The notes beneath the pieces were generated by a model, which worked only from the letters and a program-made list of their open reading frames with translations, did not search any database and had not been told where the DNA came from. A stretch of DNA of 64,000 nt from Anaeramoeba ignava BMAN (lineage: Eukaryota > Protista > Anaeramoebae), in the NCBI GenBank assembly GCA_028826165.1, contig JAPDFW010000022.1:310001-374000 (forward strand), written 5' to 3'. Of this stretch, positions 52,263-64,000 are shown piece by piece. How positions within the stretch are numbered: position 1 is the stretch's first letter; each line of letters begins with the position of its first letter. The position numbers and the translations under genes are program-made.

Positions 52263-55200
52263 ATGAAAATTCTTATTGTTTTGGCACATGTAATTAAAAT
52301 AAAAATAAAAATAAAATTAAAAATAAAAATAAAATTAAAATTAAAAACAAAAATAAATTAAAAACAAAAATAAAAATAAAAATAAAAATAAAATTAAAAT
52401 AAAAATAAAAAGCCTGAACCAAAATCTATTAATGGTCAACTTAAAGATAAAGCAAAAGAAGTTCTGGAAAAGGCAGGTCATACTGTAGTTGTCAGTGATT
52501 TATATCAAATGGGGTTTAAAGCTGTTGCTGATCAAGTATTTATTTTTTCCTGATAATTCCATCTAAAATTCAATAATCGAATTAAATTCCAAATTAAAAT
52601 TAAAATAAAAATTAAAATTAAAATTAAAATTAAAATTAAAATTAAAATTAAATTCCAAATTAAAATTAAATTTAAAATTAAAATTAAAATTAAATTTAAA
52701 TTTAAAATTAAAATTAAAATTAAATTTAAAATTAAAATTAAAATTAAAATTAAAAGGATGATTTTCAAAATAGAGAAGATCCTGATTTTTTCAAGATGCA
52801 ATATGAACAACGCTTTAATACAATGACTGAAGATATTATTAATGAGCAAAAAAAAGTTGAAGAGGCAGATCTTGTTCTTTTTCAATTTCCACTTTGGTGG
52901 GGCAGTGTTAGTTTCTCAAATTTAATTAAAATCCAAATTCCAAATGAAATTTAAAATGAAATTTAAATTAATAATCAAATTTAAATTTAAAATTAAATTT
53001 AAAATTAAATTTAAAATGGAATTCTAAATTGAAATTTAAAATGAAAATCAAATTGAAATTTAAAATCAAAATTAAATTTAAATTTAAAATTAAATTTAAA
53101 ATTAAATTTAAAATGGAATTCTAAAATGAAATTTAAATTAATAATCAAATTTAAATTAAATTCAAAATGGAATTTAAAATGAAATTCAAATGAAATTCCA
53201 AATTAATTAAATTCCAAATCAAAATCAAAATGAAATTCCAAATTAATCAAATTTAAAATGAAAATCAAATTGAAATTCAAAATGGAATTTAAAATGAAAT
53301 TAATAATCAAATTTAAATTAATTAAATTCAAATCAAAATGAAATTTAAAATGAAATTTAAAATGAAATTTAAAATGAAATTTAAAATGAAATTTAAAATG
53401 AAATTTAAAATGAAATTTAAAATGAAATTTAAAATCAAAATCAAAATTAAAATGAAAATTAAAATTAAATTCCAAATCAAAATTAAAATTAAAATTAAAT
53501 TTAAATTAAAATCAAAATGAAATTCCAATTCAAATTTTCTAGATGCCAGCTATTTTAAAAGGTTGGTTTGATCGAGTATTTACTGTTCCTTGGTCTTATT
53601 CTTGGCCACATTTATGCGATAAAGGTAAAATGAAAGGAAAAAAAGCCTTAGTTTCTATTACAACTGGTGGAACACCTGATTATTTTGGTGATCGTTTTCC
53701 TTTTGGAGATTTAACTAAATGTCTTTTTCATATGCTTCGTGGTTGCTGTATTTTTATCTATTCAACTTCTTATTGTTTTATTATTCAAACTCTTTATACT
53801 CTAAATTATTTTTCATGATATTATTTAATTTCAAATTCAATTTCAATTCCAAACCAATTTCAAATCAATTTAAATCAATTTCAAATTAAATCAATTTCAA
53901 ATTAAATCAATTTCAAATCAAATTAAATCAATTTCAAATTAATTTCAAATCAATTTCAAATCAATTTCAAATCAAATTAAATCAATTTCAAATCAATTTC
54001 AAATTAAATCAATTTCAAATCAATTTCAATTTCAAATCAATTTCAATTTCAAATCAATTTCAAATCAAATCAATTTCAAATCAATTTCAAATCAATTTCA
54101 AATCAATTTCAAATCAATTTCAAATCAATTTCAAATCAATTTCAAATTCAAATCAATTTCAAATCAATTTCAAATCAATTTCAAATCAAATCAATTTCAA
54201 ATCAAATCAATTTCAAATCAATTTCAAATCAATTTCAAATCAATTTCAAATTAAATCAATTTCAAATCAATTTCAAATCAATTTCAAATCAAATCAATTT
54301 CAAATCAATTTCAAATCAATTTCAAATCAATTTCAAATTAATTTCAAATCAAATCAATTTCAAATCAATTTCAAATTAAATCAATTTCAAATCAAATCAA
54401 TTTCAAATCAATTTCAAATTAAATTAAATCAATTTCAAATCAAATTCAAATCAATTTCAAATCAATTTCAAATTAAATCAATTTCAAATCAATTTCAAAT
54501 TAAATCAATTTCAAATCAATTTCAAATCAATTTCAAATCAAATCAATTTCAAAAAAAATAAAAAATATTTCAAAAAATAATTTTTAAATATTCAAAAGAA
54601 TAATTCCAAAGAAAAATCAAAAATTAATTTAAAAATTTTTTCAATTTCAAAAAAATTTTAAATATTTTATTTTTAAATTAGATTCAAATTAAAATTTCAA
54701 ACAATTTCAAAAAAAAGTTAAAAACAAATTGAGAAATTGAAACCAATTATATTTTCAATTTCAAAGATTCAAATCAATTCAAAATTAAATCTTAATTCAA
54801 AGGACTTCAAAGAAATTTAAAAACAATTTCAAAATTTCAAATCAATTTCAAATTAAATCAATTTCAAATCAAATCAATTTCAAATCAATTTCAAATCAAA
54901 TCAATTTCAAATCAATTTCAAATCAAATCAATTTTAAATCAAATTCAAATTAATTTCAAATCAAATTAAAATTTAGTGTACTTTTGTGGATTTGAAGTTC
55001 TTCCTCCAGTTTATCATTATGCTGTTGAAGAAAATGAACAAAATAAAGTATTCAAAAAATAATTTTTATATTAAGAATAAGAAGAAAAAAATCAAAAAAT
55101 TAATTTAAAAATTTTAAATTAAAAATTTTAAATATTTTATTTTTTTTAATTAGATTATGGAACAATGGGAAGAAAAGTTAAAAAACATTGAGAATATGAA

Positions 55201-55294
55201 ACCAATTATATTTTCTAAGATTGAAGATTATCTTATTCAAGGACTTCCAGAAGATAAAAAAACAGATTTCGAAGTTATTAACAATTTTAAATGA
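52263..55294 (+). CDS. NAD(P)H:quinone oxidoreductase, flavodoxin_2 fold (NQO/KefF/MdaB-like), 6 exons
   Basis: Spliced: [66 protein letters not shown]; GT-AG junctions in frame; TGA at 55292-55294. Confidence 0.92.
53820..54975. repeat. 11-bp microsatellite (aaatcaatttc) filling NQO intron 4
   Basis: Direct inspection; interrupted at ~54550-54835 by a garbled copy of downstream sequence. Confidence 0.88.
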
Positions 55295-55494
55295 AAAATT
55301 TGATTAATTTTTTTTTTTCTTCTTCATCAAAAAATCCTTTTTTTTTTTTAAATCAAATTCCACAAAAAGAAAAAAGAAAAATTCAACAATAAAAAAAAGA
55401 TTAATTCAAATTTTGTTTTTGTTTTTGTTTTTGATTTTGATTTTTTTTTCATTTTTTTTTTTATCATTTTTCTTCTTCTTTTTTTTTTTTTTGA

Positions 55495-58353
55495 ATGACA
55501 AGTTTAACAGCATTTCATCAAGTAAGAGTTGTTCAACTTGGTTTTTTTTCGAAAAATATAATATTAGAATTAAATGAAGATTTAACAGTTACAGTTTTAG
55601 ATTTAAAAGATCTCAAAATCATCAAAAAAAAAACTCAAATCAAAAAATTTGAAAAAAGATTTGATTCTCCACAATTAAGAGTTTGGTATACTAAACAAAA
55701 GAAACCAGAAGAATACGAATTTGAGACTGGAACTGCAAGAGAACGATTTTGTGAGGCAATAACTCGATTAAAAGAACAAATTGAAAATGAAAAAAATCAC
55801 TTACATTTACCGCTTGTCAGATTTCAAAGAAAAGCAACAAAAGAAAAGTCAACAGAAAAATTTCGCATTTTTACTGGTTCTTGGAATATGGCTGAAAATC
55901 CTCCGCCTGATGATTTATCTCCTTGGATTCCTACTAATATTTTTGATATTTATGCTTTTTCTCTTCAAGAAAGTAATTATTCAATTCCGTTAAAAGAAAA
56001 TGAAGAAAAAAAACCAATTTCTTGTGAGGATAATTTGCTTGAAAGATTCCAATCTCATCTTGGAAGAAAATATACTAAAGTTGCTTATCAATCAATGCAT
56101 ATGATTCGTTTGTTTATTTTTATTAAGAAAACACTTAAACATACAATTTCAAGTATTGATAGTAATTATGTAATGACTGGAGTTGGTGGACTTTTTGGAA
56201 ACAAAGGAGGTTGATATTTAAAATCAATATTCAAAATATTTAATTTAAATATTCAATTTAAATATTCAATTTAAATATTCAAAATAATTATTCAAAATAA
56301 ATATTTAAAACATTTAAAATATTCAAAATATTTAAAATATTCAATTTAAAATAATATTCAAAATAATATTTAAAATAATATTTAAAATCAATATTTAATT
56401 TAATATTCAAAATATTTAAAATAATATTCAAAATAATATTTAAAATAATATTTAAAATATTCAAAATAAATATTTAATTTAAATATTTAATTTAAATATT
56501 CAAAATAATTATTCAAAATAAATATTTAAAATATTTAATTTAAATATTCAAAATATTTAAAATAATATTTAAAATCAATATTTATTCAAAATAAATATTT
56601 AATTTAAATATTTAAAATCAATATTCAAAATAAATATTTAAAATAAGTATTCAAAATAAATATTTATTTAATATTTATATTCAAAAATCTATTAGGTGTT
56701 TTGATTTCTTTTAAAATTGATCATACTCCTGTTTGCTTTATTTCAAGTCATCTTGCTGCTCATATTGAAAATGTTTCCCAAAGAAATCAAGATTATGCAA
56801 GTATTGTTGAGAAAGCTAAAGTTGGATTACCAATCTTTGATATTTTTAATCAATTTCATCATATTTTTTGGATGGGTGATTTAAATTATAGACTTGATGT
56901 TAAAAGAGAAAATCCAATTAAAAGAGTCATTTCTGAAATTGAAAAAAAAAATTATGAAGGTTTATTAGAAGCTGACCAATTAACTCTTGAAATGAAACAA
57001 AGAAGAGTATTTCAAGGATTTGTTGAACCTCATCCTTCTTTTCCACCAACTTATAAATATAATATTGAAGTTATTCCAATGACAATATCATCATTTATTC
57101 GAAAATCATTAGATTTAACTCATCAAAATCAAATTCAAAATCAAATTCAAAATCAAAATCAAATTGAAAATGAAAATGAAAATGAAAATCAAATTCAAAA
57201 TGAAAATCAAAATGAAAATCAAATTGAAAATGAAAATGAAAATCAAAATCAAAATCAAAATCAAAATCAAAATCAAAATGAAAATCAAAATCAAAATCAA
57301 AATCAAAATCAAAATCAAAATCAAAATCAAAATCAAAATGAAAATGAAAATCAAATTCAAAATGAAAATCAAATTGAAAATCAAAATCAAATTGAAAATG
57401 AAAACAAAAACAAAAATGAAAATCAAATTGAAAATGAAAATCAAAATCAAAATCAAAATCAAAATCAAAATGAAAATCAAAATCAAAATCAAAATCAAAA
57501 TCAAAATCAAAATCAAAATCAAAATCAAAATCAAAATCAAAATCAAAATCAAAATCAAAATCAAATTGAAAATAATCCAAAAAAAGTTTCTTTTAATGAA
57601 ATTCAAAAAAATGAAAATAATCCAAAAAAAGTTTCTTTTAATGAAAATCAAATTTATGATCATTCAAGAATTTATTCAAAACAAAGAAATCGAGTTCCTT
57701 CATGGTGTGATAGAATTTTAACTAGATCATTCCCAAACACAAAAATCAAAAGAACAAGTTATTCATGTTGTGATGATATTAGAACAAGTGATCATTCCCC
57801 AATTTATAGTACATTTGAAATTGAAACACTTCTTCCACCTCCACCTCAAAGTATTTTTTCAGGAATTGTTGGATTATCATGTGGAATAATCATTTCAAAT
57901 CTTAAAGGAAAAGACTTGAAATCAAATAACACTTACTTGACTTTCAATGCATCTTTTTTGGAAAGCAAAATTGACACATCAATTGTGAAAAAAACAAACG
58001 ATCCCATTTGGAAAAATCCCGATTTTTATATTTTAACTCCTCTTCATTCAAATGCAAATTATCTTATCAAATCATTTATTCATATCACAGTTAATGATCC
58101 TGATTTGGTAAAAAAGAATGATTGTGTTGGTTGGGGTATTATTAGTTTGGCAAAAGCTTGTGAAAAAGATCCTGTTAATTTTACTGCTAAAATTTCTAAA
58201 TATACTCAATCTTGTGGTAAAATTACTGGAAATGTTCAAGTTATTTGGACTAATGATAATGATTATTTCCAAAATTTATTACGTTCAAGAAATGTTTCCA
58301 AAAAAGGAAAAAAACAAAAAAATATAAAAAACAAAACCAATAGAAAAAATTAA
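55495..58353 (+). CDS. Inositol polyphosphate 5-phosphatase (SHIP-like layout: PH-like region, 5-phosphatase, C2-like tail); intron 56210-56695
   Basis: FTGSWNM, GNKGGV, HLAAH, FWMGDLNYR, PPTYKY, PSWCDRIL and SDHSP catalytic motifs. Confidence 0.92.
56215..56685. repeat. Degenerate ~12-bp A/T repeat filling the 5-phosphatase intron
   Basis: aatattcaaaat/aatatttaaaat variants. Confidence 0.75.
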
Positions 58354-58408
58354 TTTCAATTCTCAAAATAAAAAAGAAAAAATAATTTCTTTCTTTCTTT
58401 CTTTCTTT

Positions 58409-61400
58409 CTATTTTTTTTTTCGAAATTGTTTCACTAAAAATTGAACAAATTTTATAAATGGTTTTCCAATCTTATTAATTTGATTTTGATCAAGACTAA
58501 TAAATTGAGTTAATAAAGAAATTGAAACTGGTGGTTCAAGTGCCATTTTATTAAGAATTTCATCTGTAAAACCTGAAATATCAATTGAATCATCTCTATT
58601 TTTTAATTCTTGAAGTTTTTCAATGAAACTTTCTTTTAATATAATTTGATTTTGATTTAAAGTTGTTTTTCTTTTCGGTTTTTTTTGAATTTGATTTTGA
58701 TTTTCATTTTGATTTTGATTTTGATTTTGATTTTCATTTTCATTTTCATTTTCATTAAAAAGTTGGTTAAATAAATCATCTTCATATTCTTTTCTTTTTT
58801 GTCTTTTTTTCTTTTTTTCAATTTTTGGATTTTTTTGATTTGATTGATTTTTTTCAAGTTTTGCATAACAAATCTCAATATTTGAATTTTTCCATCTCTC
58901 TTTATACAGTGAAGAAAGAACATAAAGTAAATAAAATTTGTGAGTTTCTTCTTTAAAACAATATTGCTCAAGAATAATTCCATTGTAAATCATTTCACGA
59001 AAAACTCGACGAGAAAAATAATCAATTTGAACTGATTGATTTTTTGGTTTTGGCCATTTTTGATATCTGAAATAATTTAGTTTATTTAGAGAAGGTGATT
59101 CAATTTCACTCAAAATTTGATTTTCAGTCATTCCTTCAGGCTTTTTTTTCATCAAGTTAACAATTTTTTGTATTTTATTTTCAATAACTTCTGGATGATA
59201 TTTTTTGATTTGAATATTCCTTTTTTGGTTTATGCAAACATCGCAATAATCTTCACAATTCGGGACAATTTCATCTTCTTGGAAATGCTTTGAAATATAA
59301 CTTTTGCGACAAACAGAAATATTATCACAAAATCTCATCATTTCATCAACTAGTCGAACTTGGTGAATTTTTGTTGGAATTTGTTGATTCTGGTTCTCAT
59401 TTTCAAATTTCACTTCAGATTTGTGATCGTGTTGAATTATAAACGTTTTTTGATTTGGATCGTTTTTTTTAGGAGCAAAAAAATTGATGAGAAATTTGAA
59501 TCGATCTTGAGGAGTATAGAACAAAGTGCATGTTGCTTTCTCACCATTTCTGCCAGCTCTTCCGCACTGCTGATAATAATCCTCAAGCGAAAAAGGGATT
59601 GAGTGATGGATCACAAAGGAAACATCTTTTTTGTCAATTCCCATTCCAAATGCAGATGTTGCTATCATCACTTTGATTTTTCCTTTGATCCAATTTTCTT
59701 GCGCTCTTTTCTTCTCTTCAACTGGCAAATCGCTGTAATATAATTTATACTTGATTTCTTTTCCTTTGAGATGCGAGCCAAGTTTTATGCAATCTCTTAC
59801 TGAAAAGCAATAAACAATCCCTGTTTTTGATTTGTATTCAGTTTGGATTAGTTTATATATTTGTTCATTCACATTCTTTTTTTCTTCGATATTAAACACC
59901 AAATTTTTGCGAAATGATGGGAGTCGAAAGTATTGGCAATTCCGCAATCTAAGAGTTTGCGAAACATCCAAAATCACTCGCTTTGTTGCTGTTGCTGTCA
60001 ATGCAATAATTGGTACATTTGGGAATTTTTCTCGAAGATTTTTTAATCTCCCATATGAGGGTCTGAAATTATGTCCCCACATACTAACACAATGTGCTTC
60101 ATCAATGGCAAAGCGATTGATCAGCTTGTTGTTATTAAAAGAAATCAGTAGATTGTTTATTGAACTATTCAAATCAAGTTTTTCTGGTGAAATGTATATA
60201 AATTTAGGAATTTTATTTTTCTTCAAATTTTCACGAATCATTTCCTCTTGTTTTCTTAATTCGTTCCTGTCGAGCGAACACAACTTAATTGCATAAATTC
60301 CTTTACTCTCAAGATAATTAACCTGATCTTCTATCAATGAAATCAGCGGTGAAACAACAACAACAATTCCTTTCAAAACAAGACCAGGCAATTGATAACA
60401 AAGTGAATTGTGAGTAACTGTGCAATCTGAAAGCAAATATCGGTGATTTTGATCAATTTCAAATCCATAATATTCTTCAAAATTGCGTATTTTAACTTCG
60501 AATTCGGTTAGAACATACTTGTTTTGTTTTTTCTTATTCATTAATAATTTAACTTCCAAAATATTTTTTTCTAAATCAACAATTTGCTCCATTTTAATCC
60601 CCAACGAACGAATAATAAATTGAATATCAGATGAAATTTCAAAATCAACATTTGGGATTCTCAAACAAATTTCAACTTGTTTTCCTTTTTTGTTTCTTTT
60701 GCAGAAAAAATTGTGTCCATTTGAGTTTTTTTCAAGTGAATTGATAAATCCTTTCAAAAAACGTTTCCGAACTTTTTGGCTATTAATTTTGTATTCATTT
60801 CCAATTCCAATTCCATTATTTTTAATATTTCTCACAATTTTTTCTCCAAATTCAAAACCCATTTTATAAGGATCAAAAAAAGTTGGTTTAATTGGAAAAT
60901 TAACAGGAATTTGATATAAATAGCATTGATTTTTCCATTTTCTTGATTTAGTTAAATATTCACCAATTGATATTTGAATAATTTCATTTTTTCCTTTATG
61001 AAACAGTGTTAGAATATGAGAAAGTGTTGCTGTAAATTTGTTTCCATATTTTGGGATAATTTCAAATATCCAATCCTTTCCTCTAAAAAGTTTTTTCACA
61101 ACTCTTGGTTTATTATCATCACCCATTAGCAAATCTTTTGTTTGAATTTCTTGAACTTTTTTGATATTCCCATTATAAAGTAATATTTTTGTGTCTTTTC
61201 CATGACATTTTCCTTTATTTTTAGTTTTAAAAAGAATTGATCCAAATATTATGATTTTTTAAGATTAAAAAAAAAAGCAATAAAAAAAGAGTAAAATTTT
61301 GGTAAATTGTTTGTGTTTCTTTTTTCTTGACAAAAGCCACTTACCATAACCAGTTGGCATAACAACAAAAATATCTTTTTTTTTAATTGATGTATTCATG

Positions 61401-63340
61401 ATTTCAATTTGTTTATCTCTAAAATTGTGAATTCCAAAAATTGATTTTGCTTGTTTTATCATTTTATCTGTTCCTTTATTTTTTTTAGTAAATTCAGGAT
61501 CAAATGAAAGAACTTCTTGTAAATTTATTATATTTTTCTCTTGAAGAAAAGTTTTGTTTGCTTGATTATTTTCAATAAATTGATTATTTTGAATATTTTG
61601 AATATTTTTATTATTTTGATTATTTTGAATAAATTGATTATTTTTATTATTTTCAATAAATTGATTATTTTTATTATTTTGATTATTTTTATTATTTTGA
61701 ATAAATTGATTATTTTCATTATTTTTATTATTTTGAATAAATTGATTATTTTCATTATTTTCAATAAATTGATTATTTTTATTATTTTGATTATTTTGAT
61801 TATTTTCAATAAATTGATTATTTTTATTATTTTGATTATTTTGAATAAATTGATTATTTTCATTATTTTTATTATTTTGAATAAATTGATTATTTTTATT
61901 ATTTTCATTATTTTCATTATTTTGATTAAATTGATTATTTTGAATATTTTGAATATTTTGATTATTTTGAATATTTTGATTATTTTGATTATTTTGAATA
62001 AATTTATTATTTTCAATAAATTGATTATTTTCATTATTTTCAATAAATTGATTATTTTTATTATTTTGATTATTTTGATTATTTTCAATAAATTGATTAT
62101 TTTGATTATTTTCATTATTTTGATTAAATTGATTATTTTGATTATTTTTATTATTTTGATTAAATCTTAATTGAAGTCGAGAAATTAGATTTAAAGGAAT
62201 TTTTAAATTTGTTTCTAATTTTTGATTATTTTGATTATTATTTTGATTATTATTTTGATTATTATTAAATTGAATATTTTTGAATTGATAATTTTGCTTT
62301 TCTTTAAATTTATTATTTTGGTTTAATTTTAAAGGAAATCGAGAAAGTAAATTTAAAGGTATTTTTAAATTTTTTTGTAATTTTGGGTTATTATTATTTT
62401 GATGATTATTTTGAATATTATTTTGAATATTATTTTGAATATTATTTTGATTATTATTTTGGTTATTATTTTTATTTTGATTATTATTTTGAATATTATT
62501 TTGAATATTATTTTGAATATTATTATTTTGATTATTTTGAATATTATTTTGATTATTATTTTGATTATTTTGATTATTATTTTGATTATTATTTTGATTA
62601 TTATTATTTTGGTTATTATTTTTATTTTGATTATTATTTTGAATATTATTTTTGATTATTTTGAATATTGATTTTGATTATTATTTTGGTTATTATTTTG
62701 ATTATTTTGAATATTATTTTGAATATTATTTTGAATATTATTTTGAATATTATTTTGAATATTATTATTTTGATTATTTTGAATATTATTTTGAATATTA
62801 TTTTGAATATTATTTTGAATATTATTTTGATTATTATTTTGATTATTATTTTTTTGGTTATTTTTTTGATTTAATTTTAAAGAAGATTGAGAAAGTAAAT
62901 TTAAAGGTAATTTTGTATTATTTTGATTATTGTTATCATCTCTGTTAAATTGAATATTTTTAAATTGGCTATATTGATTAAATTGAATAGTTTTAACTGG
63001 AATAGATTGGTTGGATTGAGTATTTTGGAATTGATTGAATTGATTGAATTGATTAAATTGAATAGTTTTAACTGGAATAGATTTATTTTCATTATTTTCA
63101 TTATTTTGATTATTTTGATTTAATTTTAATGGAGATTTAGAAATGAAATTTAAAGATATTTTTGGATTTGTTTGTAATTTTTGGTTATTTTGATTATTAA
63201 ATTTTTTTTGTTTTATTTTGAATATCTCTAAATTCATTATTTTTGTCAAGATTTCGGTTTGTTTTATAAATATTTGGATCAAAAGTAAATAACTTAAAAT
63301 CATATTGATCAACAAAATTGATATCTTTTTTTCCATTTAT
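58409..63340 (-). CDS. RecQ-family (BLM/Sgs1-like) DNA helicase containing an intein; intron 61344-61213; N/Q-rich N-terminus with apparent frameshifts, may extend past the window
   Basis: FGIHNFRDKQ, MPTGYGK|SLCYQLP, VSPLISLIEDQ, DEAHCVSMWGHNFRP, ALTATAT, GIVYC, ATSAFGMGIDK, YYQQCGRAGRNG; RQC zinc motif CR..CEDYCDVC; HRDC-like tail. Confidence 0.93.
60407..61207 (-). mobile_element. Intein (267 aa) with degenerate LAGLIDADG homing endonuclease region, inserted in RecQ Walker A
   Basis: Block A CHGKDTKILLYNG, block B FTATLSHIL (TxxH), blocks F/G YYGFEIDQNHRYLLSDCTVTHN followed by Ser+1; removal restores PTGYGKSLCYQLP. Confidence 0.95.
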
Positions 63341-64000
63341 ATCATTTTGTAAATTATTTTTAAATCATTTTTAAATCATTTTGTAAATCATTTTTTAAAT
63401 CATTTTGTAAATTATTTTGTAAATTATTTTGTAAATCATTTTGTAAATCATTTTGTAAATTATTTTGTAAATCATTTTGTAAATCATTTTGTAAATTATT
63501 TTGTAAATTATTTTGTAAATCATTTTGTAAATTGTTTTGTAAATTATTTTTTAAATTATTTTGTAAATTGTTTTGTAAATCATTTTTTAAATTATTTTGT
63601 AAATTGTTTTGTAAATTGTTTTGTAAATCATTTTGTAAATCATTTTGTAAATTATTTTTTAAATTATTTTGTAAATCATTTTGTAAATCATTTTGTAAAT
63701 TATTTTGTAAATTATTTTGTAAATTATTTTGTAAATTATTTTTTAAATTATTTTTTAAATCAGTTTGTAAATTGTTTTTTAAATTATTTTGTAAATTGTT
63801 TTGTAAATTATTTTGTAAATTATTTTGTAAATTGTTTTGTAAATTATTTTGTAAATTATTTTGTAAATTATTTTGTAAATCATTTTGTAAATTATTTTGT
63901 AAATTATTTTGTAAATCATTTTGTAAATTATTTTGTATATTATTTTTTAAATCATTTTTTAAATCATTTTTTAAATTATTTTGTAAATTATTTTGTAAAT
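63341..64000. repeat. 12-bp tandem repeat (attattttgtaa/atcattttgtaa); on the minus strand it could encode LQNN/LQND as part of the RecQ N-terminus
   Basis: Units mostly 12 bp, a few 11 bp; runs to the window end. Confidence 0.8.

Noticed and set aside
4852-58353. Functional cluster of membrane-trafficking genes (BLOS1, AVL9, FAM21, 5-phosphatase)
   Set aside because: They are interspersed with unrelated housekeeping genes; no evidence beyond chance
63341-64000. Terminal repeat as a telomere
   Set aside because: No G-rich telomeric unit; it resembles other 12-bp repeats and may be coding (LQNN/LQND)

Overview
Extremely AT-rich, gene-dense eukaryotic nuclear DNA with the standard code, GT-AG introns and Asn/Gln/Glu low-complexity inserts. 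The features fit an anaerobic protist such as Anaeramoeba (Metamonada), but that identity is an inference. About 16 protein genes are recognisable: a partial ORF, two TPR paralogs, BLOS1, GPN1, RAE1, 14-3-3, AVL9, a divergent mitochondrial-carrier-like gene, FAM21/WASHC2, UTP18, a ~15-kb frameshifted RNF213-like AAA+/RZ-finger gene, pyroglutamyl peptidase I, an NAD(P)H:quinone oxidoreductase, an inositol 5-phosphatase and a RecQ helicase. There are also two identical tRNA-Pro(UGG) genes. Highlights: (1) a 267-aa intein with a degenerate LAGLIDADG domain sits in the RecQ Walker A motif (GYGK|C...HN|S), with a spliceosomal intron only 5 nt upstream, so the P-loop needs both RNA and protein splicing; (2) the RNF213-like gene is bracketed by direct arrays of the same ~153-bp satellite; (3) a TPR gene/143-bp repeat/tRNA-Pro cassette is duplicated in inverted orientation ~44 kb apart; (4) a TTTCATTTT initiator-like motif lies just upstream of most start codons; (5) many introns are filled with gene-specific A/T microsatellites. 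Several frameshifts fall in homopolymer runs and may be assembly errors.
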